DNA of 64,000 nucleotides from Heterodontus francisci (taxonomy: Eukaryota), in NCBI RefSeq assembly GCF_036365525.1, contig NC_090418.1, forward strand, positions 10,850,856 through 10,914,855, written 5' to 3'. The notes beneath the pieces are model-generated. The model ran no database searches. It had not been told where the DNA came from and was given only the letters and a program-made list of their open reading frames with translations. A program made the translations under genes and the position numbers. This document shows positions 49,364 to 60,451 of the stretch, piece by piece (position 1 is the first letter of the stretch; each line of letters begins with the position of its first letter).

Positions 49364-52182
49364 TTTTTTTTATATTCATTCATGGGATGTGTGTGTCGCT
49401 GGCCAGGCCAGCATTTACTGCCCATTCCTAATTGCCCTTGAGAAGGTGGTGGTGAGCTGCCTTCTTGAACCGCTGCAGTCCATGTGAGGTAGGTACACCC
49501 ACAGTGCTGTTAGGAAGGGAGTTCCAGGATTTTGACCCAACAACAGTGAAGGAACGGCGATATAGTTCCAAGTCAGGATGGTGTGTGGCTTGGAGGGGAA
49601 CTTGCAGATGCTGGTGTTCCCATCCATATGCTGCCCTTGTCCTTCTCGGTGGTAGAGGTCACGAGTTTGGAAGGTGCTAGTGAAAGAGCCTTAGCAAGTT
49701 GCTGCATCTTGTAGATGGTACACACTGCTGTCACTGTCTATCAGTGATGGAGGAATTGCATGTTTATGGTGAGGGATTGGGTGCTGATCAAATGGGCTGC
49801 TTTGTCCTGGATGGTGTTGAGTGTTGTTTCAAATGCACTCATCCAGGCAAGTGGAGAGTATTCCATCACACTCCTGACTTATGTCTTGTAGGTGATGGAC
49901 AGGGTTTGCGGAGTCAGGAGGTGAGCTACTTGCCGCAGAATTCCCAGCCTCTGACCGTCTTTGGTTTCCACAGTATTTATGTGGCTGGTCCAGTTCAGTT
50001 TCTGGTCAATGGCGAGCCCCAGGATGTTGATTGTGGGGGATTCAGCAATGGCAATGCCATTGAACATCGAGGGGAGATGGTTAGATTCTCTCTTGTTGAG
50101 ATGATCATTGTCTGGCACTTGTGTGGCATGGATATTACTTGCCACTTAGCAGCCTAAGCCTGAATGTTGTCCAGTTCTTTCTCCAAGTGGGCACGGACTC
50201 TTTCAGTATCAGAGAAGTTATGAATGGGACTGAACACTAAACAATCATCAGCAAACACCCTTACTTCTGACCTTATGTTGGAGGGTAGGTCATTGATGAA
50301 GCAGCTGAAGATGGTTGGGCCTAGGACACTACCCTGAGGAACACCTGCAGTGATGTCCTGGGGCTGAGACGATTGGCCTCCAATAAACACAACCATCTTC
50401 CTTTCTGCCTGGTGTGACTTTAACCAGTGGAAATTTTTCTTCCTGATTCCCATTGACTTCCATTTTGCTAGGGCCCCTTGATGCCACATACAAATGCTGC
50501 CTTGATGTCAAGGGCAGTTATTCTCACCTCACCTCTGGAATTCAGCTCTTTTGTCCATCTCTGGACCAAGGCTTCATTGAGGTCTGGAACTGAATGGCCC
50601 TAACTCAGCATCGGTGTGTATGTTGCTGCTGAGTAAGTGCCGCTTAATAGCACTGTCGATGACACCTTCTATCGCTTTGCTGATGGTTGAGAGCAGACCG
50701 ATGGGGTGGTAATTGGCCGGATTGGATTTGTCCTGCTTTTTGTGAACAGGACATACCTGGACAATTTTCTGCAGTGTCAGGGCCGAATGGCCTACTCCTG
50801 CTCCTATTTCTTCTGGTCTCATGATCTATAATGCACTGCCTGAGAGTGAGGTGGAGACAAATTCAATCATGGCTTTCAAAAGGGATTGGATAATTATCTA
50901 AATAGAACAAAACTGCAGGGCTACAGCTAACAGGTGGGAGAGTGGACTTGCTGAGTGCTCTTGCAGAGAGCTGGCATTGAGACGATGGGCCAAATGGCCT
51001 CCTTCTGTGCTGTAACCATTCTATGGGTAGGCTCCTGTGTTGTAGCTGTACTGGAAGAGCTTGGCTAAGGGTTGTGGCTAGTTCTGGAGCACAAATCTTC
51101 AGCACTGCAGCTGGGATGTTGTCAGGGCCCATAGCTTTTGCTGTATCCAGTGCCTTCAGCCATTTCTCGAGATCACGCGGAGGGAATCGATTTTTCTGAA
51201 GACTGGCATCTGTGACATCAGGAGGAGGCCGAGATGGATCCTCCACTCTGCATTGCTGGCTGAAGATGGTTGCAAATGCTTTAGACTTTTCTTTTGCATT
51301 GGTGTGCTGGGCTCCGCCATCATTGAGGATGGAGATGTTTTTGGAGCCTTCTCCTCCTCTTAGTTGTTTAATTCTCCACCACCATTCACGATTGGATGTG
51401 GCAAGGCTGCAGAGCTTAGATCTGATCCGTTGGTTGCGGGATTGCTTCGCTCACTCTGTAGCATGCTGCTTCTGCTGTTTAGCATGTACGTAGCCCTGTG
51501 TTGTAGCTTGACCAGGTTGGCACCTCATTTTTAGGTATGTCTGGTGCTGCTCCAACCATCCTAGTTGGTCCCCCAACTAGATGGTAATGTTAGAGTGGGG
51601 GATATGCCGGCCCATGAGTTTACAGATTGTGGTTGAATAAAATTCTGCTGCTGATGATGGTCCACAGTATCTCATGGATGCCCAGTTTTGAGGTGCAAGG
51701 TCTGTTCTAAATCTATCCCATTTAGCACTGTGGTACTTCCACACAACACGATGGAGGGTATCCTCAGTGTGAAGACAGGACTTCATCTCCACAAGGACTG
51801 TGCGGTGGTCACTCCTACCAATACAATCATGGACAGATGCATCTGCAATAGATAGATTGGTGAGGACAAGGTCAAGTAGGTTTTTCCCTCTTATTGCTTC
51901 TCACCACCTGCTGCGGGCTTAATCTGGCAGATATGTCCTTCAGGACTCGGCCAGCTTGCTCAGTAGTGATGTTACTGAGCCACTCTTGGTGATGGACAGT
52001 GATGTCTCTCGCCCTGAGTATATTCAGTGCTTTTTCCAAGTGGTGTCCAACATGGAGGAGTAGTGATTCATCAGCTGAGGGGAGGGCAGTAGGTGGTAAT
52101 AAGCAGGACATTTCCTTGCCCATGTTTGGCCTGATGCCATGGACACTTCATGGGGTTTGGTGTCAATGCTGAGGACACCCAA
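49364..52182 (-). mobile_element. CR1/L2-group LINE (APE-RT, degenerate) with nested CR1 tail at ~50775-51025
   Basis: AGVPQGSVLGPTIFSCFINDLPS..VFADDC, KAMGPDNIPA, NPANYHPIGLLS; same family as 30236-31003 and 59600-60450. Confidence 0.85.
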
Positions 52183-52714
52183 GGTAGGATTCAAAGTCAT
52201 GTCATAAGGATTAGTCCGGATCTCTGGATTACTAGTTCAGTGATATCAGCACTCTGTTACCATTACCTTACACTGCGTGAAGCTTCGGTGACCTGTGGGG
52301 AACCTGAGGAAACCCCTATATTACTCTTTAAGGGAGATGCTCCTCGCCTGTGGCTCGACACCAGGCCCACACCCCTGACCTTTGGCCTCTCGGTACAAAG
52401 CAGCGTCAGGCAAGCTCGCAGAACATCTCATAACTCTGCTCCTGGGCCAAACGTAACCATCGATTGACTGTCTCAGGGTTGGTGTTTCTTTGGCTCACTG
52501 ACTCTCCTCGAGAGGCTAATCGACACCAGTAATAATATTATAATTTAGCATTTTGAGTTTTCTTCTGTCTTGTTTGCGTTCCTTTAAAGAGGGGACCAGA
52601 TGGAAATTTGTTCCTCTATTGATGACACTGGGGAACTAAGTTATGTCACCTTCATGAATCAATTAACAAAGCCACGTTAGAATTATTAATTGTTCCCTTA
52701 AAATGAGAAGTTGT

Positions 52715-52935
52715 GGAGCTAACATCTGTCAGGTGACACTGGAGAAACTCAGAGTCACTCCTATTGGTCCAAATAAAATAGGCCCTCCAACCAATACATC
52801 CATGAGTTCTGTCATTGGGTGTAAATTGTGGAGATTGGGGCTGGTTAATTGGCTCAATGTTGCTGCTTCTGGGATCATTGGTGTCAGGTGACTGCAGGTT
52901 GTGTGTATAAAAGGAGCTGGTTGGTGGGTGAAGGG
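52715..52935 (+). promoter_or_regulatory. ZP3 copy 5 promoter
   Basis: CATCTG 52723-52728, CAGGTG 52730-52735, CAGGTG 52885-52890, TATAAAA 52906-52912. Confidence 0.7.
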
Positions 52936-52956
52936 ATGGTTGAGTTGTTGGGTATC

Positions 52957-55816
52957 ATGGGGGATTTTGTAATGAGGGGATTGTTCCCAGTGCTGGTGTT
53001 AGTTGGAGTTGTCTGTTGCTCTGATACTTGGCAACAGTTTCGAGACCAGAGGTTTCCATGGAGAAGAGTAAAAGCCACCCCTGTGCCTCAGAGAGTCCCT
53101 CCAACTGGGCCTCCCTTTGGTTCCCATTTCCGTGTGTCTGAGGGTCGAAGTGTGTCTCCACTGCAGACTGTGACGGTGCAGTGTGGAGAGCAGAACCTGC
53201 TGGTCAGGGTCCAGATGGATTTATTTGGAACCAGGCACCTGATTAAAGCTGCTGACCTGACCCTGGGGACAGCAGGTTGTCTGCCGACCAGGATCTACTC
53301 TCAGAACCACACTGTCCTCTTTGACTATGGGCTCCATGAGTGTGGCAGCAGATTGCAGGTAATGTTGACTCTTGTTCTAAGCTTGGTGGGGAACAATCTA
53401 CCCACCCTTTCCAACACTTGGTGAAATGTTATTGATGGAGAGGTGATGTCTGTCTCCTGCTTTTTAAATCCTTAATCTTAATTTCAACTGTGCAGTGTAC
53501 CTTTGCTTTTTCTGGTATCTTTTCTCTACCAACTTTATTCAAGATGAATGGGGTTGTTTCTACTTGCTATCTCAATGTTTTTCTTTTGTATATGTCTTGT
53601 GGATTTTGTTATTGCCCCTCATCTGGTTTATTCAACTTTTGTTAGCATATTCAATTCTAATAGCTGTGTTAAAGATGGGAAATGGAATAAGATTTGAGTT
53701 AGTGCATGAAAGGGACACTCTACATTTCCTAATTTCCCTGTCAAAATACAGATGCTTGGATTAAATTATATGAAACTGATTTGTTCATTGTATCAATTGA
53801 TTTTGACTTAAAATAAAACTGTTCTTTCATCTGAGTCACTCTTAATTTTTGTTTGTAATCTCTTTACTTAAACTGTAAAGACTGTAAGCAGATTGGGGGG
53901 AGTTGGTGCTAGGCCCCTGGAGCACGCTTGGCCATTCAATAACATCTGAGCTAATTTTTTGACATTAACTATGCTTTTCCACCCAATCTCCATGTCCCTT
54001 GATTCCTTTTGCCCCAAAACCTGCCTGTCTTTAATACATACAACAGTTGAGCATAAAATTCCACAGGGTTGGAAAGATGCCAGAAGTTTTCAACCTGCTG
54101 AAGAAATTTCTTTGACCCCTTGCCTGACATTGACTTAGTCTTGACACTCCAACTAGGGAAAATGGAACCCCCAGCATCTACCCTGACATTCCCTGTAGGA
54201 CTTATTTCCTTTCACTGAGCAGAATGATCTTCAATTCCTTTCCCTGATGTCTTTCAGATGGCTGGAGATTTCCTGGTCTACACTACCCACCTGAACCACA
54301 CCCCCCAGTATCATGGATCTGTCATTGTGAGAACGAATGGAGCTGTCATTCCCATTGAGTGTCATTATTTTAGGTAAGTTGAGTGAATTTAGTTTTCAAT
54401 CTAATTCAAGTTCTGATGTTATCCTAGCATAACTCTCCTATCCTTCCAGGAAGGGCAATGTGAGCAGTAATCCCATCAAGCCCACCTGGATCCCATTCAG
54501 CTCCACCAAGTCTGGAGAAGGGCATCTGTCATTCTCACTGCGCCTAATGAATGGTATGTGATGGGTGGATGGGGAGTGATTTCCTGTACTCACCCACTGG
54601 GAGTTGTACCCACTGTCTCTAACCCTTGTCCTCTTGTACTTCAGATGACTGGCTTACAGAGCGCACCTCGACTGTCTACTACCTGGGTGACCTCATTCAC
54701 ATTGAGGCCTCTGTTTTAACGACCAACCACATGCCCCTGAAGCTCTACGTTGACCGCTGTGTAGCTACATTGAGCCCAGACAAGGATTCCACCCCGAGAT
54801 ACAGCATCATTGACTACAATGGGTAAGGAGCTCTCTGCTTTCTCCAGCTGCTCCCATCTCAGTGGCTTCACTTGATTCACTTCATGTCCCTTTTTTGAAT
54901 CTTTCTCCAGTTGCCTCCTGGACAGCAAAGCTGAGGACTCCTTTTCAACCTTCGTGTTGCCTAGAGACGAGCGTGAGCTGGACAAGCTCCGGTTTGACCT
55001 GGATGCTTTCCGCTTCTTTGGAGATGACCTTTCCTTGGTAAGAGGAAGCTGATCATTGGGGTCTCTACATTGGGAGGGAGTCACTAAATTAATGACTTGT
55101 GTTGAATTTATCTGTCAGATTTTCATCACCTGTCACCTGAAAGTTGCTCCAGTGGATCGGAGAGATTCCATGAACAAAGCTTGTACTTTCCAGAAGATGC
55201 AGAATGTGTAAGTTCCCACACTAGAATTTTCTAGTGAGGAGAAAAGATGATTCACAACCTGGTTGATCAGCTGTTTCTCTCTCGTTTAGTTGGACCCCAT
55301 TGGAGCAATCCAACAATGACATTTGTGCCTGTTGCCATGTGGGTAACTGTGGTGCCACAAGGGAGTTCTGATTTTCTTCCAGAGGCAGGAGGGATCTCTT
55401 ACCTGAAGCTGGTAGGACATTGATCCTCTAGATGTGGGAGATCTCCCTTTATCCCCACTAACTGGCATGTTTGATATTGCAGGGAGTGAAGCTGGATTGA
55501 AGTGGGAGGGTGAGGCCTCACTTGGACCCCTGGTCATTCTAGATACTGAGGTGACTGACCTGGCAATGGAGTCCCTGAATGAGGTTGATCGAAGGCTGCA
55601 GGAGAGGTCTCCAGGTGGTGAGTTGGCTGACTGCTAGTTTCCATTTTCCCCCTCAGTGTTTCCTTCACTAACCATTGGTTTCTCATTGCTTTTGTAGGTG
55701 TGGAGTCTGAGGTGGTCCTGATTGTGGCCCTGACTGTGACAGCTGTCTGTCTGATCTCTGCTTCATTGATCGCCTTGTTTCTGTACAGGAAACACAAGCA
55801 AACTCTGATCAACTAG
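52957..55816 (+). pseudogene. ZP3: ZP3-like, copy 5, with premature TGA in exon 7 (truncated isoform or young pseudogene)
   Basis: Exons 52957-53358, 54258-54373, 54450-54553, 54645-54822, 54911-55037, 55119-55207, 55290-55411, 55483-55617, 55698-55816; CGA>TGA at 55369-55371; splice sites and frame otherwise intact. Confidence 0.85.
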
Positions 55817-55944
55817 TTATCAAATGATCAATAAAAGTGATTACTTGTATCTTGGAGCTGATTTGTCTGTCTTCCATCTGGAATAGCTCTATATAAGTAC
55901 AGAACTCTGCTTCCTGAATCTTAGTGGCAGTTGGTCTAATTCAC

Positions 55945-56372
55945 CAGATGTTGCCTGGGCTGGAGCATTTCAGCTATGAAGAGACTGAGGCTAGGGTTGT
56001 TTCTCTTGGAGTAGAGAAGGATGAAGGGGACCATGATTGAGGTCTACAACATTGAGGGGCATTGATAGGTTAGATAGGAGGGAACTTATTTTCCCTTGGT
56101 GGAGGGGTCAATAACCAGGGGGCCTAGATTTAAGATGAGGGCATTTGAGGTACTATATTTTCAGAGGGTGGTTAGAATCTGGAATACACTGCCTGAAGGG
56201 ATGGTCGAGGCAGAAACCCTCAACATTGAACTATTTAGATGAGCACTGGAAATGCCATAGCCTACAAGGTGATGGGCCAAGTAATGGAAAATGGGACTAG
56301 AATAGTTAGGTGCCTGATGGCTGGCTCAGACATGATGGGCTGAAGGGCCTGTTTCTGTGCTGTATGGCTCTA
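55945..56372 (+). mobile_element. CR1 LINE 3' fragment
   Basis: ttcaccagatgttgcctgggctggag..agctatga; tail gggctgaagggcctgtttctgtgctgtat. Confidence 0.75.
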
Positions 56373-57759
56373 ATTGTAGTGAAATTAACACTCCTTGAAG
56401 TGGCAGCTCCTGCAATTCAGTCTTGATCTCCAGTGTGCAGGAGGTGTATTTGTAGATGTAGGGACTTTCTTCTTCGGCTGGATGGAGCTAGTGTTTTTAT
56501 TTGGGCTGCTTCCTTCATGGTTTTTTTTTTTTGCACCCCAGCCTCCCTGGAGAGGGGGCAAACTGTCTATTGATAAATTTTAAAGTTTGCTGCAACCATT
56601 GGGCACAAGTGTAGCCCACAGTGAACATGATTTTAATTTGGTCAGTATAATTTGCCCTTAAATGTTTTAATCACCAATTCTGAGCATCCAGTAACAAAGC
56701 TGTCTATTGTGGGGACTAGTATAGTTCCAACTAAGTGATCTGGGAGCTAGTGAGAGGTATCCAAAAAAGATTGACTGTTTAGTCACTAAGGCTGTCTAGA
56801 TCTCCCATTGATTTTGAGGGCTTTCAATAATTTGTCTTGACTTTATTGGGGGGAATGAGCAGTGGGGATCAAGAGTAGATCATCCAGTTGGCAGAATGTG
56901 GCCTGTTCTGGTCCTTGGGAATCTGATTCTGGTGCCTGAATTTCTTTGCCTTGGATAGACAACTCTCTTGCACAAGTTTACAGATGAGAGCAGAAAGTTG
57001 CCTCGTGCATAAATTGTTTGAGGAGTGGGCAAAACAGTCATCAATACAGGAATTTGGACTCTTGCAAGAAAAAAATATTGTCTAGAAGAACTAAGATCTG
57101 AGTCAACAGCAATCTAGGATATGATGCCTCCTCTCAATGGGAGGAATGTGACATTTCAGTTTTCCAGACTCTCATCTGGATTTCTGTAGAGTTTTGAACA
57201 TCAAAGGATCAACTGGTTCTGAGGGGATTAACCAGACTGAATAGTGGAGCTTGAAGCAAGTTCTTGTGTAGAAGACTGAGGGATGATCTGATTGAGGTGC
57301 TTTAGTGTTGGTAGAGTAGGTGTCAGGAAGCTGATTCCAAGGGGAATTGAGAATAAGGGAACCTGAACTTGAGTCAGGCCATTGAGGAGTGAAATTGGAA
57401 CATTTAATCACACAAGGTAGGACAAATCTTAATCTCCTTCCTCCTGCTTTGCAACCTCTTGGAGATTAAGTACATGTCCATTGTCATCTCAGTACCATTA
57501 ACATCAGTTTCAATCTGCAGGTCATGGGTCTATCTGACCTAGTGGGGCTGAATGGCCTCCTCCATTTCCCAAGTTACTCCCATGGTGCTGTGGTCATTGA
57601 GTCCCAAAAGGCTCCAATTTCAGTCAATCTTTCCCATTGGGAGCCAATTGCCCTAAAACTAAATGGGGTTGAAATTGGGTGGAGTTACAAACTTGATCCG
57701 AAAGGGAATTTCTCAAACTGGTCTGAAGACTCTAGTACCGGGAAGAAATAAATTTTTCT

Positions 57760-58700
57760 TAGTAGATTGTATTGTAAGTCTAGTTCAGCCTCAGCTGCCA
57801 GTGAGCAGGGTGGAGTTGCTGGTTCATGAATGGAATTTGAGGCAGGGACTGGTGGCAATGGAATTGGTTTCTCCCACTTTTAATTGGAGGAAATTTCAGC
57901 TCATCTGGTATTAGATATCATAAGCATTTGTCAAATTTATATAGTTGAAGGGTGGTGGTGAGGTAGAGCTGGATATTGTCCACATAGATGTGGAACTAGA
58001 CTTTTGGACAATCCTGGCGAGGCAAGGTGGGGAGGAGGGGTGTTGCTGAGGATAAATCCTTGGCATACACCAGAAGTAATGGTGCTGAGGCAGGTAGAGA
58101 ATCCATTGCAGGTGATTGTCTAGCTATACCTGAATAGATAGGAATGGACTCTTCTTGCCTGGGTCCAATCAGTAGGATAATGGAGAGATGTTGGGTGTGG
58201 TCATCCATGGCAAAGGCTGTGCATGAGTAAAGGAGGATAAGGAATAGATTCCTAGAATTGCAACATTCCGTTGACTTTGATTTAAAAGCTGTTTTAGTGC
58301 AGTGGTCAGGATAGAAACCTGTTTGGAGACATTCAAACATGGAGTTCTAGGAAAGATGGGCACATGTGGGGAGGTGACATGGTTGAGGATGTTGGAGAGA
58401 AAAGGGAGGTTAGTAATGGAGGTAGATTACAAGAACCAAGAGGTCAGGCTTTTTTAGGGGGTGGGGTGATGATTTCAGATCTGAAAGGGAGGGGACTGTA
58501 CTGGAGAAGGCAGTATTATCTGTTAACATGGGGGGGTGGGGGGGAGAAAGGACAGGAGGCTGGGTGGTCAGTATAGAGGGGGTAGGGTTGAGGAACAGAG
58601 GTGGGTGGCATAGATGAGTAGTTGGGGGTGGGTCTGTGTGGCAGGGTGATTAATAAATCAGCATAAGATGCAACTTCCAGGTGTGTATATATTTGGTTCT
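57760..58700 (-). mobile_element. L2 LINE RT fragment, degenerate
   Basis: FECLQTGFYPDHCTKTA...LILLYSCTAFAMDDH resembles the L2 QSGF..HSTETA...LLDLSAAFDTVDH motif. Confidence 0.65.
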
Positions 58701-59249
58701 GAATTAGTAACATCAAAGGTTACAAGGACACAAATTTATATACACACAATCTCCCAAACCCCATATCCACATTTGCAAATTCATTTAACTTTTGCGCCTT
58801 AACATAGCATAAGTGAGCCTCTTCCATCCAGGATGGGATATTTCCATTGCCTTGATAGATAATATAAAACTTGTCATCAAATGTCAAATACCATTTCAGA
58901 TCAATTTCCACTGACTCTGTAGCCCCATACTGCCACCTATGGATCCCAAGCTTGTATCAAATGATCCCCTTAAGTTCCGATGCATTTTCAAAACAAAAGT
59001 GGTTACTTGATGAATTAAAGAGAGTTAATGTGCTACCAGCAGTCACGAAACATAGTTGCTTGCGGCAAGAGTTATTTTCTTTGGTGTTTGCATTCATCAT
59101 TTTTTGACAATCTATCAATGTTGGCCTATGTCATAACTTCGCAGGGCTTTTAAGTAAACTTTAAAAACATCACATTGTGGAAGAACTCTGTTGTACAATC
59201 CGACTACACTGTCTTCAGACTGCTGTCACACTCATATGTTCACATACTA

Positions 59250-59580
59250 GGGGTGGAGGGATGTTTTAGTGGTATTGTCACTGGATTAGTAACCCAGAGA
59301 CCCAGTGTATTTCTCCAGGGACAGGGGTTCGAATCCCTCACAGCAGACGGTGACATTTGAATTGAATTAATATATATGGAATTAAAAGCTAGTCTAATGA
59401 TGGCCATGAAACCATTGTCGATTGTTGTAAAAACCCATCTGGTTCACTCATGTCCTTTAGGGAAAGAATTCTGCCGTCCTTACCTCGTCTGGCCTACATG
59501 TGACTCCAGACCCACAGCAATGTGGTTGACTCTTACATGCCCTCTGAAATGGCCTAGCAGGCCACTCCGTTGTACCTAAC
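59250..59580 (+). mobile_element. tRNA-like SINE head/body (or LINE 5' UTR)
   Basis: A-box-like tagtggtatt, B-box ggttcgaatcc; directly followed by LINE endonuclease sequence. Confidence 0.65.
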
Positions 59581-59599
59581 CGCTACGAAGTCAATGAAA

Positions 59600-60450
59600 A
59601 AGACCTGTCCCACCAGCAGGACAGACCCAGCAGAGGTGGGAGTCACCCTGGGAGTCCACAACATCAACTCCGGACCCCATGAAGTCTCATGGCATTAGGT
59701 CAAACATGGGCAAGGAAACCTCCTGCTGATTACCACCTACTGCCCTCCCTCAGCTGATGAGTCAGTACTCCTCCATGTTGAACACCACTTGGAAGAAGCA
59801 CTGAGAGTGGCGAGGGTGCAGAATGTACTCTGGGTGGCAGACTTCACAGTCCATCACCAAGAGTGGCTCGGTAGCACTACTACTGACCGAGCTGGCCGAA
59901 TCCTAAAGGACATAGCTACCAGACTGCATCTGCAGCAGTTGGAGAGGGAAAAACATACTTGACCTCGTCCTCACCAATCTGCCTGCTGCAGATGCATCTG
60001 TTAATGACAGTATGGGTAGGAGTGACCACCGCACAGTCCTTGTGGAGACGAAGTCCCGCCTTCACGTCGAGGATACCCTCCATCGTGTTGTGTGGCACTA
60101 TCACCGCGCTGAATGGGAAAGATTTCGAATAGATCTAGCAATGCAAAACTGGGCATCCATGAGGCGCTGTGGGCCATCAGCAGCAGCAGAATTGTACTCA
60201 ACCACAATCTGTAGCCTCATGGCCCGGCATATCCCCCACTCTACCATTACCATCAAGCCGGGAGACCAACCCTGGTTCAATGAAGAGTGCAGGAGGGCAT
60301 GCCAGGAGCAGCACCAGGCATACCTCAAAATGAGGTGTCAACCTGGTGAAGCTACAACAGAGGACTATCTGTGTGCCAAACTGCATAAGCAACATGCGAT
60401 AGACAGAGCTAAGCAATCCCATAACCAATGGATCAGATCTAAGCTCTGCA
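59600..60450 (+). mobile_element. CR1/L2-group LINE endonuclease-region fragment
   Basis: LLITTYCPPSADESVLLHVEHHLEEAL, GRSDHRTVLV, QPWFNEECRRA; truncated by the hAT element. Confidence 0.8.
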
Positions 60451-60451
60451 G

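Larger units (their letters stand above)
48207..52560 (+). mobile_element. Diverged Tx1/L1 relic copy (48207-48835 and ~52260-52560) with nested elements
   Basis: Clearly related to, but much more diverged from, 19420-19970 and 20630-21060; precedes ZP3 copy 5. Confidence 0.5.

Noticed and set aside
58720-59240. Short ORFs in unique-looking sequence as upstream ABHD5 exons or a transposase remnant
   Set aside because: No convincing motif match or consistent splice signals; left unassigned.
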